Source: Blepharisma stoltei ATCC 30299
Lineage: Eukaryota > Protista > Ciliophora
Assembly (NCBI GenBank): GCA_965603825.1
Contig: CBFDEM010000023.1
Coordinates: 620,001-684,000, forward strand
Direction: 5' to 3'
DNA length: 64,000 bases
Shown: positions 60,302 to 64,000 of the stretch, in pieces
Layout of the letters: every line of letters starts with the position of its first letter
Numbering within the stretch: position 1 is the stretch's first letter
Translations under genes and position numbers: made by a program
Notes under the pieces: generated by a model
The model's input: only the letters and a program-made list of their open reading frames with translations
What the model was told of the DNA's origin: nothing
Database searches by the model: none

Positions 60302-61999
60302 TTATACATTTTTAAGCCAAGGATGGGCTTTGATTTGCTCTAGAGTTGCTCGTTGCTCTGGGTCTTTATTAAGCATCTTTAAAATCAAGTCTTTTAAGTC
60401 CTCATTAAACTTATCAGGAACGACAACCTCTTCATTCTTAACAGCTTCATATAAATCAATTAGTCTTCTCCCATTAAAAGGCGTTTTTCCTTCTATCATA
60501 TAAAATAATGTCACCCCCATAGCTCATATATCAACTGGCCTGCCTTGAAACGACCCATTTCCTCCATGCAGCTCAGGAGCCATGAATGCCCAAGTCCCTG
60601 CACTATTAGAAAATTCGTCTCTGCCGTTAGCCATTTCTTGTGCAGACCCAAAATCAGATATTTTCAAATTATTATTTGCATCGAGTAGTAAATTTAGGGG
60701 TTTTATATCTCTGTGTACTACAAGAGCCTTTTCATGGAGATAATCCATGCCAAGGACTAGCTGCTTAAAATAATGCTTGGCTTCTTTTTCAGACATAGGT
60801 GAATGATCATTTATTGTTCCTCCAGGGGCGAACTCTAAAATCATGTAGATTTTATTAGAATCATCATTATCAATGACTTCTAGCAGCTGCAAGACATTAG
60901 GGTGTTCAAGCTTCTCCATTACTTCTATTTCACATTTTACTGCAAAAAGCGCTGTCTTTGCTTTTCCTATCCACCTATGCCTCAGCTGCTTTTTATTATA
61001 TATTTTAATAGCTACAAGATTTCCGGAGCTGTCTTTGGCTTTATAAACTTTTCCAAATGCTCCCTGCCCCAATAAGCCTTCAGCTGTGTATTGATTTAAC
61101 TGAAATTTATCTGCTCCAAGCTTGACTTTGTTGACTTCTTTTGTGCGTAAAATTTCTAGTTTTTTATTTGGTAATAAAGAATTTCTAGATGTAGGTCTGA
61201 GAGTTGATTTTTCAACGCTTGAGCTTTCTCTTGAATAATTTCTTGAAGAAGATACATATTTTCTCATAGTTTTCGCAGTTTGAAAGTCTTTAGTTGAATC
61301 TTCCAATGGAGCATGAATATCGACAGGAGATATTCTGCCCTGGAAAGAATCAAAACTTTCATTGAAAACTGCAGAATCCTCGCTGAGAAATGACTCTTGA
61401 CGATTAATTGCAGTTCCTGGAATATTCAGAAAAGATGATGTCTTGGATAGTAAGTTTCTATTTTGAACTGGGGTGGTTTCTGGGGTAAGTCGGCTCATGT
61501 TTAAAGACATAGTAGGTGATATTTTGATATCACTTGTTACTACGTGCCTTAAAGATATTTCTGGCTGTACTGCACTCATCGATATAGGACTATCAAAACT
61601 TGGGTTCCTCGTTCTAATTAAACTCAATAAATCCCTTGGCCTGCTTTCAGGGCTTCTAGAGATTTCAACTGCGCTGCTCATACTTCTATATGGAGGCTGT
61701 ATAAAGAAATTCTGTTTTTGATTTTCTTCAATTTCGTTAAGCGGAATTAATGGCAAGTTCGATCTTCTCGAATCTCTTCTATTATTTTCTATCTCGTAGC
61801 CATTATTTTTTATGGCTTTTAGGTCTTTTCGAGGGAAACTTGATGAAGAGCAACTCCCTTCAATACAGATTGTGCTTACAATAATTCCGATATCTCGGCT
61901 TTCAATTTTTGCAGTTTTGGACAATCTTTTCGTCATTATTTTACCTGCAACTAAGGCAGTTTCTTTTGCTTCTTGTCTTTTCACGCAGCATATTCCCAT
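60302..61999 (-). CDS. CaMKK/GRIK-like protein kinase, 565 aa
   Basis: MGICC, long S/P/R-rich N-terminus, LNQY...GQGAFG, HRDIKPLN, AGTWAFMAPE, and DI(TGA=W)AMGVTL. Confidence 0.9.
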
Positions 62000-62964
62000 T
62001 AGGTTTTTATTATTTTATTTATAAGAAGTGAGACCATATTTTAGAAATTTACAGATTAAGTTTTACTAACAATGTTTTAATGCAAATTAGGTAATACAAA
62101 GAACTAAATAGGTAAAAATAATTAAACAATTAAGAATTCTCCTATTTGTAGAGAATTTGATAATATAAAACATTATTAAAGGCTAAAGCACAAACTTTTG
62201 AAACTGGCTATCAATTTTTTTTATATTAAGGAATTTTGCAAAAATATGAAAATATAAATAGAAGCAATTATTTGGAATAATGATAGAAAGAATATTTAGG
62301 CTATATCTTAAATAAACACTGAAATTGGTTTTTTTTTATAATAAAGAGTTTTCATATCAGATTTTTTTCTTTATTAAACTTAAAGAATTCAATTGTAAGA
62401 TGGGCATACAAAAATTATCAAAAAATTCGCGGCTAATTAAAATAGAGACGAAACTGTATAATTTATTATTCTATGATATAAAATATAAACTGTAGCCTTC
62501 CCGCCTTGGTGGGCGAGAAATTTTTTAACCACAATATAATATTACAAAATTATTGAAATTCTTAAAAAAAAAATGAGACTATTTCTTCAAATTTTTTTTA
62601 TATTCTTATCTTCACACTGAATTTTATATACTTATCTAGCCATATATACCAAATTTTTACTCTCCAATTTTAACATAATATTTAATGTTAAAATTAGAGT
62701 GTTCTTCATAATTTTTACGTCACTTTCTATTCTGAGCGAGCTCAGAATTTTCCATATTATCCTCGTAAAATATAAATTTTCAATACATTTTTTATCTATA
62801 GCCAGGGTATATTTCCACATAATTTATTCTATCCAATCTCTGACTTATCTCTCTATTTCACTTTAAAATCCTCAATCAATTCTTCTAAATAAAATTTTAC
62901 TGACAACTTTATTAAAATGAACGATCTTCCGATTTAACCTATTTTTATATCCTCACAGATTAAA

Positions 62965-63726
62965 TTAACTAGAGTCCTCTGAATTGTCATTTCTCATCTC
63001 CAAATCTTCAGAAGCAGTATCAATCTTTATATCAGAAACTCCAGCCTCTTCTGATCCTCCGAAATCATACTTGGGGAGAATTATTTCTGAAGGAACTATA
63101 GGCTCGTTGCCTAGTTCACTTATCATATTAAATTGAATAACATCCTTCATTAATAGCCACTTTTCAACGCAAGTTCCATCATGTCTCCGCTTCTTGCAGC
63201 ACCAGAAATCAAACTTGTCGCACAAGATTTCTGGATTTAATTCTGAAAACACCAGTTCAACATATAAAAAATAGCTTTCCCGTATAGAAGCTGGGCTAAA
63301 ATAAGACTCACAGAACGTGACATTAAAGCTGTTCTCGACATGAGCCAAAGGCGTGTGCTTTCGCTTTGCTCTTCCATCTGTAATTGGGCCCGATGATGTT
63401 TCACTGAGTCGATCAAGCTCCTCAGCATTTCTATAGTAGCAGCTCCTGAGCATATCAAAAAGTCTGCGAGCGCTGTGACTTGAATGGTCAAATCTGTTCA
63501 GCGTCTTTCTAGGCATCACGCACTTTCTTAATTGCCTCAGAATGCGCTTGTGACCTCGAATTAGCTTGCAACGCAGATATTCTTTTTTAGGTGGCTTCAG
63601 GGCCTTACTCTTTGGATTGCAGAAAAAAGTGAGAACAAGCGATCAATGCTTCAATTTTCTCTTATTTTTGTAAAATGGTATGATGGTTTTAGCAATTAGT
63701 TTGTCCATCGATGGAAGCCTATTCAT
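62965..63726 (-). CDS. Uncharacterised protein with PKKEY.R.KLIRGHKR motif and C-terminal C/H cluster, 253 aa
   Basis: ATG 63726 is in frame (through one TGA) with ORF 62965..63519; ends at TAA. Confidence 0.75.
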
Positions 63727-64000
63727 TTTTTGTAAGCTGAACAGCAAACCATTTTTAGTTTTGCTATTGCAAATTTCCATTAGTTATTAGACAATGTTTA
63801 GCAATTATAAGTTTTTTTGACTTGAATATGAGAATAAGGGGCTTTTAGGAAAAAATTTTAAGCTCTTCTGGTACATTTAAGCTTTTAGAATACCTGCAAA
63901 GTTATACCCAAAAAAACTGAAAATTTCAAATAATCATAGCAGAATATATTTCATACGTGATGATAAGCTCTGGAATGATGAATCATTGATTTGATTGCTC

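Noticed and set aside
62498-62519. Small GC hairpin TTCCCGCC-ttggtg-GGCGAGAA
   Set aside because: Too short and imperfect to distinguish from chance; no tRNA or snRNA context.
62632-62820. 62-aa ORF
   Set aside because: No motif; likely spurious.
1-64000. Reading the many TGA-broken ORFs as pseudogenes or selenoproteins
   Set aside because: The TGAs map to conserved Trp positions and the frames continue, so codon reassignment explains them.
1-64000. tRNA or rRNA genes
   Set aside because: I recognised no cloverleaf or rRNA signature by eye; a tRNAscan/Rfam run is needed to exclude them.

Overview
AT-rich, gene-dense eukaryotic DNA that reads as somatic (macronuclear-type) genome of a heterotrich ciliate, most likely Blepharisma. 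TGA sits in frame at invariant Trp positions in many conserved proteins, genes end only at TAA/TAG, introns are 15-16 nt (GT...A...AG), and the HPPD matches my recollection of the Blepharisma japonicum enzyme. The supplied standard-code ORF track therefore fragments most genes. Re-reading with TGA=Trp and tiny introns gives about 29 coding genes: CEP164, CEP78, CDC14, a 2163-aa four-repeat cyclic-nucleotide-gated channel, GAS8, UCH, HPPD, CPSF30 fused to YTH, a CDPK pseudokinase, DPM2 (absent from the ORF track), ACSBG, a tandem family of secreted Cys-rich proteins (plus two pseudogene copies), a 2752-aa PKD1/REJ-GPS-like receptor, a granulin protein, a signal-peptide SET protein, CK1, CDK7-like, an Unkempt-CCCH/Schlafen fusion, NOC3, SART3, DnaJ, CDPK, CaMKK and several hypotheticals. 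The most notable items are the CCCH-Schlafen RNase fusion, the pseudo-tetrameric channel with four different selectivity filters, a decayed piggyBac transposase, a 304-bp insertion flanked by an 8-bp direct repeat that splits a surface-protein gene, and PEXEL-like RxLxE/D motifs in the secreted proteins. All calls come from manual translation and motif recognition; no searches were run.
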